Assembly: GCF_006345805.1 (NCBI RefSeq)
Contig: NW_021827661.1
Coordinates: 1-9,976, forward strand
Length of the DNA stretch: 9,976 bases
Direction: 5' to 3'
From: Octopus sinensis
Taxonomy: Eukaryota
Made by a program: the position numbers and the translations under genes
Shown here: positions 1 to 8,261 of the stretch, one piece after another
Layout of the letters: each line of letters begins with the position of its first letter
Position numbering within the stretch: the first letter of the stretch is position 1
The notes under the pieces: generated by a model
The model's database searches: none
Seen by the model: only the letters and a program-made list of their open reading frames with translations
Told to the model about the DNA's origin: nothing

Positions 1-420
1 TACATGTCTGCTACCATTTCTGCCAAGACATTGCATATCTAGGAATATATTATAAAATGTACTCTTCAATTTCTGAAGATGATGAGGGGATGAGCCTGGG
101 TAGAAACGACCTAACACTTGAGTGGTACGAAAATGCTTGTACGTGGCGACAATCACCCGGGGTAGATTGAGCCGGCTCCGACCAACCGGTTCACCATGTC
201 CCTCACAAATAATTACCACATCTGACTGTCGGCCCTAAGGTTCCTGCTGACAAAGGAATGCTTCTGCCTCCGGCCCAAAGTTCCAACTTCAAAATTTAAC
301 AAATTCCCCGTAGTATTTTTTCGGTGTCGAGGTGTAGAGTTCATATTCGGATTTTTAGTGAGAATACAAGTTCACATGTGGTTCCCAGTCATATACTTAC
401 TTTGTGATCCATTGCAAGAA

Positions 421-442
421 ATTATTATTATTTTAATTAGTA

Positions 443-506
<64 letters not shown>

Positions 507-546
507 CCTTATTATTATTATTATTATGATGATGATGATGATTATT
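421..546. repeat. (ATT)n microsatellite with short (ATG)n interruption
   Basis: Direct reading. It explains the poly-Ile ORFs 358..648 and 372..590. Confidence 0.97.
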
Positions 547-603
547 AAATACCTAGCGGTATTTCGTCTGCCGTTACGTTCTGAGTTCAAATTCCGCCGA
601 GGT
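547..603 (+). mobile_element. tRNA-derived SINE fragment (here called family A), B-box region
   Basis: aaatacctagcggtatttcgtctgccgttacgttctgagttcaaattccgccgaggt contains a B-box-like GAGTTCAAATTCC. It is the reverse complement of the homologous stretch at about 2352-2399 and resembles an abundant octopus SINE (recalled). Confidence 0.8.
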
Positions 604-908
604 AGAAAAAATGAAATAAATATTTCTCAAACCTTTTCTTGTAGCTAATTAAGCAGTTACTGTTGTTGTTGTGCCTCATATTTTTTTGACTAAGCTCTTG
701 TTGATATTTCGTGATTCTATTTAGATTTCTTCCTGATCAAAATATCGCCTCATTCGTCTTAATTCTCCTTGACCTCCCCAAACCTTTCACCCGTCGCCAT
801 GTTTAACATCAGCGTAATGAGCTAAATCTGCCTTTAGCTATTACCTACCGTCTGAAGTATATAAACGAAATGTGCAGAGTTGATATTTTTTATCGGTGCA
901 CACTTTAG

Positions 909-911
<3 letters not shown>

Positions 912-961
<50 letters not shown>
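912..961. repeat. (TAA)n microsatellite, 5' flank of retrotransposon insertion
   Basis: Pure AAT repeat ending at 961, directly before the retroelement reading frame. Confidence 0.97.
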
Positions 962-963
<2 letters not shown>

Positions 964-1408
964 CCAACATTATGGAATAACAACAGAAAAAAGATGGTAT
1001 AGGCACACACCAGAAAAGGCCACAGAAAACGAGAAAGCAACCATATTCTGGGATATGCCGATACACACAGATAGAGAAATTAAGGCCAACAGACCAGATA
1101 TAGTTGTCAGAGATCACGAAGAAAACAAATGCTTTCTAATTGATGTATCAATACCGGCAGATGACAACGTGTCTCTAAAAGAAATGGAGAAACTCTCAAA
1201 ATACAAAGACCTGGAAATAGAGGTAACTAGAATGTGGAACCTGAAAACAGAAACAATTCCTATCATAGTAGGTGCATTAGGCATGATAAAAAAATATTCA
1301 GACAAATACATAACAAAAACACCAGGACTTACAAACACATATAACATACAGAAAATTGCGCTACTAGGCACTGCACACATCCTACGCAGAACACTTTGCA
1401 TACAATAA
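962..1408 (+). pseudogene. C-terminal fragment of retrotransposon ORF: PD-(D/E)xK restriction-like endonuclease
   Basis: CQHYGITTEKRWYRHTPEKATENEKATIFWDMPIHTDREIKANRPDIVVRDHEENKCFLIDVSIPADDNVSLKEMEKLSKYKDLEIEVTRMW...IPIIVGALG...ALLGTAHILRRTL. It carries the RPD, IDV and EK..KY motifs typical of R4/Dong/Rex6 RLE domains. There is no native start; ATG 1055 is internal. Confidence 0.9.
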
Positions 1409-1504
1409 CCATCAGAGCATCACAACAAATCACAGCACATACCCAAGGCACACAGAGCTGCGCTCGGTAGTGAAGTGAAAGCACCTATAAAATAAAACTA
1501 CTGA
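962..1504 (+). mobile_element. 5'-truncated R4/Dong-clade non-LTR retrotransposon (RLE domain + 3' UTR), family 1
   Basis: The frame is open from 962 to the stop at 1406-1408. A ~95-nt 3' UTR with AATAAA at 1491-1496 follows, then (TAA)n. TAA arrays flank both sides. Confidence 0.92.
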
Positions 1505-1583
<79 letters not shown>

Positions 1584-1640
1584 AAGAAGAAGAAGAAGAA
1601 GAAGAAGAAGAAGAAGAAGAAGAAGAAGAAGAAGAAGAAA
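1505..1640. repeat. Compound microsatellite (TAA)n-(GAT)-(AAG)n
   Basis: TAA to about 1550, then AAG 1554-1639. It explains the poly-Arg and poly-Leu ORFs. Confidence 0.97.
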
Positions 1641-1735
1641 TTTTTTATTGGTCCGAAAGCATTTAATCACACGTCTGCTCAACAACAAAATCATCATCTT
1701 CATCAGATTAATAACACCACTGACACAAGAACACT

Positions 1736-1779
1736 ACCAACAACAACAACAGCTACTACTACTACTACTACTACTACTG
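1736..1779. repeat. (CAA)n-(CTA)n compound microsatellite
   Basis: Direct reading. Confidence 0.9.
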
Positions 1780-1804
1780 CTATAAATAACAATATTAATA
1801 ATAA

Positions 1805-2134
1805 TGGAAGAAATAGAAAAAGTTGAAGAATATGGATACCTGAGAATTAAGATCCCTAAGAAGTGGCATCTACGACAGTCAACCATAAAGGTTGACCCTA
1901 TTGTCATCGGAGTATTGGGTTCAATACCACCCAATCTGAAAAGACTTTTAAAAACTTATGCAATACATCTATATTGTAAAGTATTTCTCAAGTCGACATT
2001 ACTTGGAACTGGACGCATATTGTTTAAAGTACTGTCTGTCTGAGGTCCTTGTGACTTGTCAAACAGTACAAACCCCTGGTAGACACAATATCTTCAATCA
2101 ACAACATCATGATATTGTATACTGTGCGACGTCT
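1805..2134 (+). mobile_element. 5'-truncated, diverged R4/Dong-clade retrotransposon 3' end, family 2
   Basis: EEIEKVEEYGYLRIKIPKKWHL...KVDPIVIGVLGSIP...KSTLLGTGRILFKVLSV* (stop 2041-2043) aligns by eye with the C-terminus of the 962-1408 RLE. It has a different ~90-nt 3' UTR, (TAA)3 at 1796-1804 upstream and a long (TAA)n downstream. Confidence 0.85.
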
Positions 2135-2152
2135 ATAATAATAATAATAATG

Positions 2153-2222
<70 letters not shown>

Positions 2223-2232
2223 TAATAATAAT
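2135..2232. repeat. (TAA)n microsatellite shared by the LINE 3' end (+) and the SINE tail (-)
   Basis: Direct reading, with two GAT interruptions. Confidence 0.97.
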
Positions 2233-2424
2233 CCTTTCTATCTTAGGTACAAGGCCTGAAATTTTGAGGGAAGGGAGATAGTCGATTACATTGACACCCA
2301 GTGTTTAACTGGTACTTAATTTATCGACCACGAAAGGATGAAAAGCAAAGTCGACCTCGGCGGAATTTCAACTTAGAACATAACGGCAGACGAAATACCT
2401 ATTTCTTTACTACTCGCAAGGGGC
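2233..2424 (-). mobile_element. Family A tRNA-derived SINE, 5'-truncated body and 3' end, fused upstream to a short second segment (about 2398-2424)
   Basis: The reverse complement reads ggtatttcgtctgccgttatgttctaagttgaaattccgccgaggtcgactttgcttttcatcctttcgtggtcgataaattaagtaccag...aaaatttcaggccttgtacctaagatagaaagga + (TTA)n. It matches the in-window copies at 547-603 and 8173-8243. Confidence 0.88.
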
Positions 2425-2578
2425 TGGACAGGTGCATGGTGGACCACGCGTCAGATGTCGAAGACAACGCAAAGCAATGTGAGATGAAGTGTTTTGCTCA
2501 AAAACACTACGCACCACCCTGCCTAGGAATTGAAATCACGATGTTGCGATCGTGAGTGCAATACTCTTACCAGTGAGC
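2424..2578 (-). mobile_element. Diverged tRNA-derived SINE head with CORE-like segment (related to 8262-8577)
   Basis: The reverse complement gctcactggtaagagtattgcactcacgatcgcaacatcgtgatttcaattcc...gtgtttttgagcaaaacacttcatctcacattgc aligns with 8270-8368 (cttagtggttagggcattcggctcatgatcgtaaggttgtgagttcgattcc...gtgtccttgagcaagacactttatttcacgttgc). Confidence 0.75.
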
Positions 2579-2897
2579 ATAACTATACATATACACGCAT
2601 GTGTGTGTGTGCATGTGTGTGTGAAGGTCATTATCCTACAAACGAAACACAATATAATGGTAAAGAATGTGAACCATGCAGACGTTTAAAAGAAGAGGAC
2701 ATGAGGTATGGAAGGCAAGAAAAGCCAATATGTGTCTGATAAAATAATAAGTACCGGGAAACCTATAATCGAGAACACCTTTGAACCCCCCAACCTGGCC
2801 ACAATCCAATAACACAAACGAACATAAAAGCGCATGTATATCTACATTCAAGTACAAATATGCAGAGATACGTGTATACATGTGAATATAGGAGCAC

Positions 2898-2906
2898 TGT
2901 GTGTGT

Positions 2907-2944
<38 letters not shown>

Positions 2945-2965
2945 TGTATGTGTGAGTGTGTGTAT
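2898..2965. repeat. (TG)n microsatellite
   Basis: Direct reading. Confidence 0.95.
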
Positions 2966-3114
2966 GTAAAATTGACTTTGGATATATGAATGTCTTAATA
3001 TATCTTTTTATTATCATCAAATCAGAGTGCCATTGCTGTGCTCTGACATTGAGCACACTCCTGCCCAATGCATCGACTTTTGCATTCAGATGCATATTGC
3101 ATATAACACGTTTG

Positions 3115-3515
3115 TAGATGCGCACACATATACACACATACACATATGAATATACATATGCATGCATATCTATATGAATACATACACTTAATAAGAACAA
3201 AAAGTAAGATGTGTCTGTGTGCGTGTATAAATATCTCTTTAAAAAATTGTCGATACTTTTTATGTTGGGGAACGCAAAGTGATCAATACTTGCGCAGAGC
3301 TTAGATATACGCATAATGTATAATAGATGGTTCTAAATCTATGTATAGATGTGTGTGTGCGTGTGTGTATATATATGTATATCATATGAATGTGTATGTA
3401 TATATAAGTATATATAAGAGTATGCATCTATATACATATATATACACATAATTATATATTTGTGTTTGTGTGTATATAGTTATACATGCACGTATATGTA
3501 TGCATGTACGTAATC
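3115..3515. repeat. Degenerate purine-pyrimidine alternating (CA/TA/TG) low-complexity tracts
   Basis: Interrupted CA/TA/TG runs at about 3115-3190 and 3340-3515. Confidence 0.75.
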
Positions 3516-4025
3516 TGCTTCTTTGCCTCATATGAAAAGTTTAGGAAATTTTGCATTTCTTCTTTAGTGAGGGAAAGGCAGCTTCTCTTGTAGAAACTGC
3601 ATATATCTGTATGACTAAGATTTGCACACGCGGACGTGCGAGGAGATTCAGATAAAGACGGAGTGCTTTTGGGGTTATTAATGCTACGATGAAGTTAAAT
3701 CTACGAATTGAAATTCTTTTCTTCCAAAATCCCTTTCTGAAAATTAACTTTGTATTCTGTTGTACCTGGGGAGAGTCATTTTCTTTTTGTGCCTTTTAAT
3801 TTTGTGTGTTTCCAGTCTAATACTATAAAATCCTTACATTTACGGCGTTCCATGTATTTAGAATTGTCCCTGATAGAGAGTTAGTTGTACAAAATATAGA
3901 AAATAATAATGCATTAGTTTGAATTCTGATTATGCGTTCGAAACTGAAAATCGGTTTGACTAACAGATTCGTCAGTTATTCATTTGTACGGGAAGTACAT
4001 TTGTAGTGACGGAGGAGTGTGTTAT

Positions 4026-4050
4026 GCCGGGCGAAATGCTAGGCGGTATT
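4026..4050 (+). mobile_element. Possible 25-bp remnant of the family A SINE head
   Basis: gccgggcgaaatgctaggcggtatt overlaps the start of the 547 copy (aaatacctagcggtatt). Very short match. Confidence 0.35.
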
Positions 4051-4206
4051 ATATAATTATCGGTTTCACAATTCTTCTTATATTCTAAAACTATCACAAT
4101 ATAGAAACATTTCTCATAGCACCACCACACAATTTACAGATGCTTACATATTTTATATTTTCCATGGGTCCAGCTAGTTATTATTATTAGTACTATTATT
4201 ATTATT

Positions 4207-4335
4207 GCCTTTACACAGCTTCTAACGCTGGAGATGTATTACGGTGACAGCTGTTCACTACCAGTGAACTAAGGCAAACACCTCTTATTTTTAGACACAT
4301 TCTGGAGTATTCAAGCGGTTCCAAGCAGTGCCGTT

Positions 4336-4337
<2 letters not shown>
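4207..4337 (-). mobile_element. Extremely 5'-truncated R4/Dong-clade retrotransposon 3' end, family 3
   Basis: The minus strand from 4337 translates ETALLGTA*ILQNVSKNKRCLP*, the ALLGTA(H/R)IL terminal motif of the other two copies, with a TGA at the His/Arg position. A ~60-nt UTR follows. It is flanked on both sides by (TTA)n on +, which is (TAA)n on the element strand. Confidence 0.78.

Positions 4338-4408
<71 letters not shown>
4338..4408. repeat. (ATT)n microsatellite
   Basis: Direct reading. Confidence 0.97.
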
Positions 4409-4511
4409 CTTCTTTCAATTCTGTTTCCATTACCGAGTGTCTTCCTAACACCTAGAGAAACTTACTGTATACATTGGTAAGCCATTAAAATAAACACACT
4501 AGATTGTTCAT
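4409..4511 (-). mobile_element. Dispersed repeat, probable retrotransposon 3' UTR (family 4, copy 1)
   Basis: Homologous to 5296-5407 (shared cttctttcaa...ccgagtgtcttcc...cctag...agaaact...attggta.gccattaaa...gttcat). Its minus-strand 3' end runs into (TAA)n. Confidence 0.65.
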
Positions 4512-4741
4512 GTACAAAGTTATTTCATAGAGAACAGGGGGAAGGAAGACAGAAGAAAATTGTTAAATAAAAAAGTAAAGAAAGAAAATAAAGGGGCAAA
4601 TTTAAAGAAAATTCACGTTGACAATGCTCTTCTGAATACGTGTGACCAATTAAAACAATCTTTTGCACTTTCTGCATAGATGGTAAGTCAGTGATCATTC
4701 TTAAATAATTTTCAGTTTATTATTATTATTATTTTTATTTT

Positions 4742-5226
4742 TAAGATTATAAAGGACTGAGGTAACTCCTCCAGAAGTTATCGAGAGATAGACAGAAGAA
4801 TGCCCTAGTTATTATGTGAAATCGGTTGAACGATATTTCGGCATCTAGTGTGCCTTCCACAGGTTCAAAAATTACATGTCCGTCTATTTAATTTTTTTTT
4901 TTTTTGATAAGATTACATAGCACTGAGCTAACTCCTCCAGAAGTGATACAGAAATATATAGAAGAGTGCCATACCTATCATGTGAAATTGGTTGAACGAT
5001 AGATGCCGAAGTATCGTTCAACCAATTTCACATGATAACTATGTCATTCTTCTGTTTATTTCTCTGTAACTTCCGGCGGAGTTAGCTCTGTCCTATATAA
5101 TCTTAACAAAACAAAAAATGAAGTAGACTGACATGTAATTTTGAACCTGTTGAAGGCACACTAGATGCTGAAATATCGTTCAACCAATTTCACATTATAA
5201 CTATGACACTCTTCTATTTATTTGTC

Positions 5227-5228
<2 letters not shown>
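4742..5228. repeat. Fold-back (palindromic) array of a ~162-166-bp tandem monomer
   Basis: Monomer starts taagatt at 4742 and 4908 (+). Inverted copies lie at about 5001-5105 and 5106-5228. There is a perfect 26-bp stem 4976-5001/5012-5037. Arms 4908-5001 and 5012-5105 match at 80/94 positions by hand count. Confidence 0.93.

Positions 5229-5285
<57 letters not shown>
5229..5285. repeat. (ATT)n microsatellite
   Basis: Direct reading. Confidence 0.97.
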
Positions 5286-5286
<1 letters not shown>

Positions 5287-5406
5287 TTTTTTTTTCTTCT
5301 TTCAAATTTTCTTCCATTTCTTGCCGAGTGTCTTCCCGACTCCTAGGGCAAAGAAACTCATAGTGTATATTGGTAGGCCATTAAACCAAACTCAGTAGTT
5401 CGTTCA

Positions 5407-5407
<1 letters not shown>
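5286..5407 (-). mobile_element. Dispersed repeat, probable retrotransposon 3' UTR (family 4, copy 2)
   Basis: Homologous to 4409-4511. The minus strand ends ...gaaagaag-A9-g then (TAA)n, and (TAA)n also lies on its 5' side. Confidence 0.68.
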
Positions 5408-5484
<77 letters not shown>

Positions 5485-5507
5485 CATTATTATTATTATT
5501 ATTATTA
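5408..5507. repeat. (ATT)n microsatellite
   Basis: Direct reading. Confidence 0.97.
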
Positions 5508-5716
5508 AGGTGAATATTATCATTGACTTCTTCGAGACAGTATCAGAGGCACCAAGAAGACAAATATTATGGAAAGAGGAGTACAGTGTCCGACAGAGCA
5601 GTTGCAAAATTATAATATAGTTGGAAAGTGCGGATTGTAGGATCGCGTAGGCTGCAGGTAGCCATGCAAGACGTCAGGTGTTCCAACAGAAATTGAGTTA
5701 AATGAAAATTGAGAGG

Positions 5717-5726
5717 GTGATGAAGG

Positions 5727-5787
<61 letters not shown>

Positions 5788-5832
5788 AGCAAAATGAAGA
5801 AGAAGAAGAAAATGAAGAAGAAAAAGAAAAAA
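5717..5832. repeat. (GAT)n microsatellite followed by degenerate (GAA)n
   Basis: GAT to 5787, GAA-rich about 5793-5832. It explains the poly-His and poly-Ser ORFs. Confidence 0.95.
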
Positions 5833-5854
5833 GGACGAAGTTAAAAATCAAATA

Positions 5855-6068
5855 TATGTATGTGAATGTGTGTGCATGCGTGGCTCTGTGTACGTGCGTT
5901 GTATGTATGTATATGTGTGTGCGAGTGTATGGCTCTGTGTACATGCATTCTGTGCGTGTGTGTACATGTGTGTGTGCGAGTGTATGGCTCTGTGTACATG
6001 CATTCTGTGTGTGTGTACGCGTGTGTGTGAGCGTTTGTGTGTGTGTGTGTGTATGTGTGTGTGTGTGC
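5855..6068. repeat. TG-rich minisatellite, three units of about 49-55 bp
   Basis: tggctctgtgtac recurs at 5881, 5930 and 5985. The last two copies share gtgtgtgcgagtgtatggctctgtgtacatgcattctgtg. Confidence 0.85.
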
Positions 6069-6237
6069 TATTCCGTAGAAGTTATTAACATGTGCTCCAT
6101 GCTGGGAAGAACACTAAAGCTTTTTTGAAATTGGAAGCCATTTCAAATAAAACCGAGGCGTGTTTATTTTCCATTAAATTTCCCGGCTCTAATGTATCTA
6201 ACGTATCCAGTTCTTCCTCCTACCAGAATTAAGGACT

Positions 6238-6448
6238 CACACGCACACACACAACCACGGACACACACGGACACACATGGACACACACACGTACAACCGC
6301 GTGCACAGACATATGCAATTTTATGTCTGTCAACGTCTATGTATATATATATATATATGTATGTAAGTATATATATATATATATACATATATATGCACAT
6401 ATAAACATATATATATATATATACGTACTAACATGCCATATATATATA

Positions 6449-6494
<46 letters not shown>

Positions 6495-6511
6495 GTATAT
6501 AAATATATATT

Positions 6512-6545
<34 letters not shown>

Positions 6546-6670
6546 CTATACATATATATATATACATATATACATACACACGTATATGTGTTTGTGTGTG
6601 CGTGTGTGTTTATGCATACAGATATATGCGTGTTTACTTGTTCTAGTGTATATATGTGTGTGTATGTGTG
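6238..6670. repeat. (CA)n, long (TA)n and (TG)n compound microsatellite
   Basis: Direct reading. The TA core is about 6340-6570. Confidence 0.93.
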
Positions 6671-7224
6671 TGTGGTTGAGCGGGTTGAAGATGTTTTGCT
6701 ATATTTACAAAATGGTGTCCAATTTAAATGTAAGGAAATCGTAAATACAGGAAGAAGAGGAAGAGGAAGAGGAAATGGCGTCATTTTAACGGGACTTCAT
6801 TCGCCACGGCAGATAGTATAAAATGGTTCTTTTAAAAACAGGTCTTCGGTGTTACTTGATGGAATGTGGCGTGTTGTTTTCCTTAATGAGAGCGGCTGAT
6901 AATTAATGTATAAAAAGCAAAATATATCAGACATGTTGAACTCAACGATGATAATCATGATCATGGTGGTCGTGGTGGTTGTCATAGCGATGGTGATGGT
7001 GGGTTGTCACAGAGATGGTGGGTTGCCATAGTCATGGCGATTTCCACCTCGGCATCCGAAATTCGGAGTTTTATTATGGCTACCGATGATTTACAGATAA
7101 ATTCCTCTATTTACTTAATATCGAGGTCTCTTTCATTCTTTTGTTGCCTTACCATTTTTATCAATATATATATATATATATAATCTGGTTAAGATAAATG
7201 ATATTTGAAATATAACTTCTCTCA

Positions 7225-7227
<3 letters not shown>

Positions 7228-7290
<63 letters not shown>
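7228..7290. repeat. (CT)n-(TA)n compound microsatellite
   Basis: Direct reading. Confidence 0.96.
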
Positions 7291-7291
<1 letters not shown>

Positions 7292-7328
7292 TTGGGTCGA
7301 TGTAATTGAGTGGTCCCTTCCCATAAAA
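7291..7328 (+). mobile_element. Short internal/3' fragment of family A SINE
   Basis: cttgggtcgatgtaattgagtggtcccttcccataaaa matches the reverse complement of 8207-8243 at 32/38 positions and is similar to 2260-2300 (-). Confidence 0.7.
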
Positions 7329-7374
7329 TATATATAGTGAGATAGTCTGTGTGCGGGTGCGCGCAACCTATATA

Positions 7375-7731
7375 CAGGGTGATTCGAAAGTCTCCATACA
7401 TAGCAAAAATTTATTATTTTATAAGAAACACTTTATAAGATCCCCTAGATGCCCTGATCTGACCCCTCTTGGTTTCTATCTTTGGGGGCACTTGAAAGGC
7501 ATGGTGTATCGCGGAAAGATAAAAGACTCAAATGATTTGAAGGTACGCATCACGTATCACCAGATGTGCTATTACGAGTTCACAAGGAGTGGAGTAAACG
7601 CATTGCAATGTGTATTCAAAACAATCGTAACTTTATAGAGCCTGTTAAATGAAAAAAAAAACTGTTCTTATAAACTGTTTCTTATAAAAAGATAAATTGT
7701 TCCTATGTATGGCGACTTTTGTGTCACTCTG
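7375..7731 (+). mobile_element. Internally deleted, non-autonomous IS630-Tc1-mariner DNA transposon
   Basis: 66-bp TIRs 7375-7440 and 7666-7731 (56/66 identical, starting CAG(G/A)GTGA), with TA on both sides (7373-7374, 7732-7733). The interior encodes a transposase C-terminus: SPRCPDLTPLGFYLWGHLKGMVY...DLKVRIT, then after a frameshift near 7555 SPDVLLRVHKEWSKRIAMCIQNNRNFIEPVK* (stop 7650-7652). Confidence 0.93.
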
Positions 7732-7994
7732 TATTTTATACTTAAACGCAGCTAATTTATCTATTTCTCCATGGTTTGAAAAAATTAACCTTAATCTATT
7801 TTCGAATCCCACTGGATTTTCATCGGCGGCTTCTACATCATTTTGACCAATGCGGATCAATCTCTTTGTATTCACAAGATTTACTGTAACTACAGAGAAC
7901 TGGAGTAAAATTAGCATATTATAAGTGTTAACAGGGACTTGCCCGCAGGGACTCACTCCACACAGTATATATAATATGTGTAACCTTTCTAAAG

Positions 7995-8016
7995 TATATA
8001 TATATATATATATATA

Positions 8017-8063
<47 letters not shown>

Positions 8064-8172
8064 TGTGTGTGGTGTGTGTGTGTGTGTGTGTGGTGTGTGT
8101 GTGTGTGGTGTGTGTGTGTGTGTATGCATGTGTGTGTGTATATATATACACACATATATATATATATATATA
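7995..8172. repeat. (TA)n-(TG)n-(TA)n compound microsatellite
   Basis: Direct reading. Confidence 0.96.
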
Positions 8173-8243
8173 ATACTCCTTTCTACTATAGGCACAAGGC
8201 CTGAAATTTTGTGGGAAGGACCACTGGATTACATCGATCCCAG
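8173..8243 (-). mobile_element. 3' end of family A SINE
   Basis: cctttctactataggcacaaggcctgaaattttgtgggaagga...gattacatcgatcccag aligns with 2233-2301 (cctttctatcttaggtacaaggcctgaaattttgagggaaggg...gattacattgacacccag). Confidence 0.85.
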
Positions 8244-8261
8244 TATATATATTTTATGTGA

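Noticed and set aside
795-803. YY1-like motif CGCCATGTT / good-context ATG on the minus strand (also gaaATGGCG near 6773)
   Set aside because: Single short motifs. The downstream frames close within about 14 and 4 codons, with no strong splice donor or other promoter evidence.
358-1117. ORFs with poly-Ile or poly-Leu tracts (358..648, 372..590, 834..1040, 905..1117)
   Set aside because: Stop-free translations of (ATT)n/(AAT)n microsatellites, with no domain signal outside the repeat.
1485-1934. Poly-Arg, poly-Leu and poly-Ser ORFs (protamine-like appearance of 1549..1785)
   Set aside because: Produced by (AAG)n and (CTA)n microsatellites. 1734..1934 is antisense to the retroelement.
2725-2810. 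Possible very degenerate family A SINE 3' part (gataaaataataagtaccgg...tataatcga)
   Set aside because: Only two short words match, which is not enough without an alignment.
4742-5228. CRISPR-like repeat/spacer array
   Set aside because: The repeats are long diverged monomers in tandem and inverted arrangement, with no unique spacers or cas genes, in eukaryotic context.
5567-6784. His-rich, Cys/Val-rich and Tyr/Ile-rich ORFs
   Set aside because: Translations of (GAT)n, (TG)n and (TA)n repeats; not metal-binding proteins.
6935-7040. GAT/GGT-rich stretch giving the ORF start MTTTTTTMIMIII
   Set aside because: Decayed trinucleotide low-complexity sequence, with no recognisable product.
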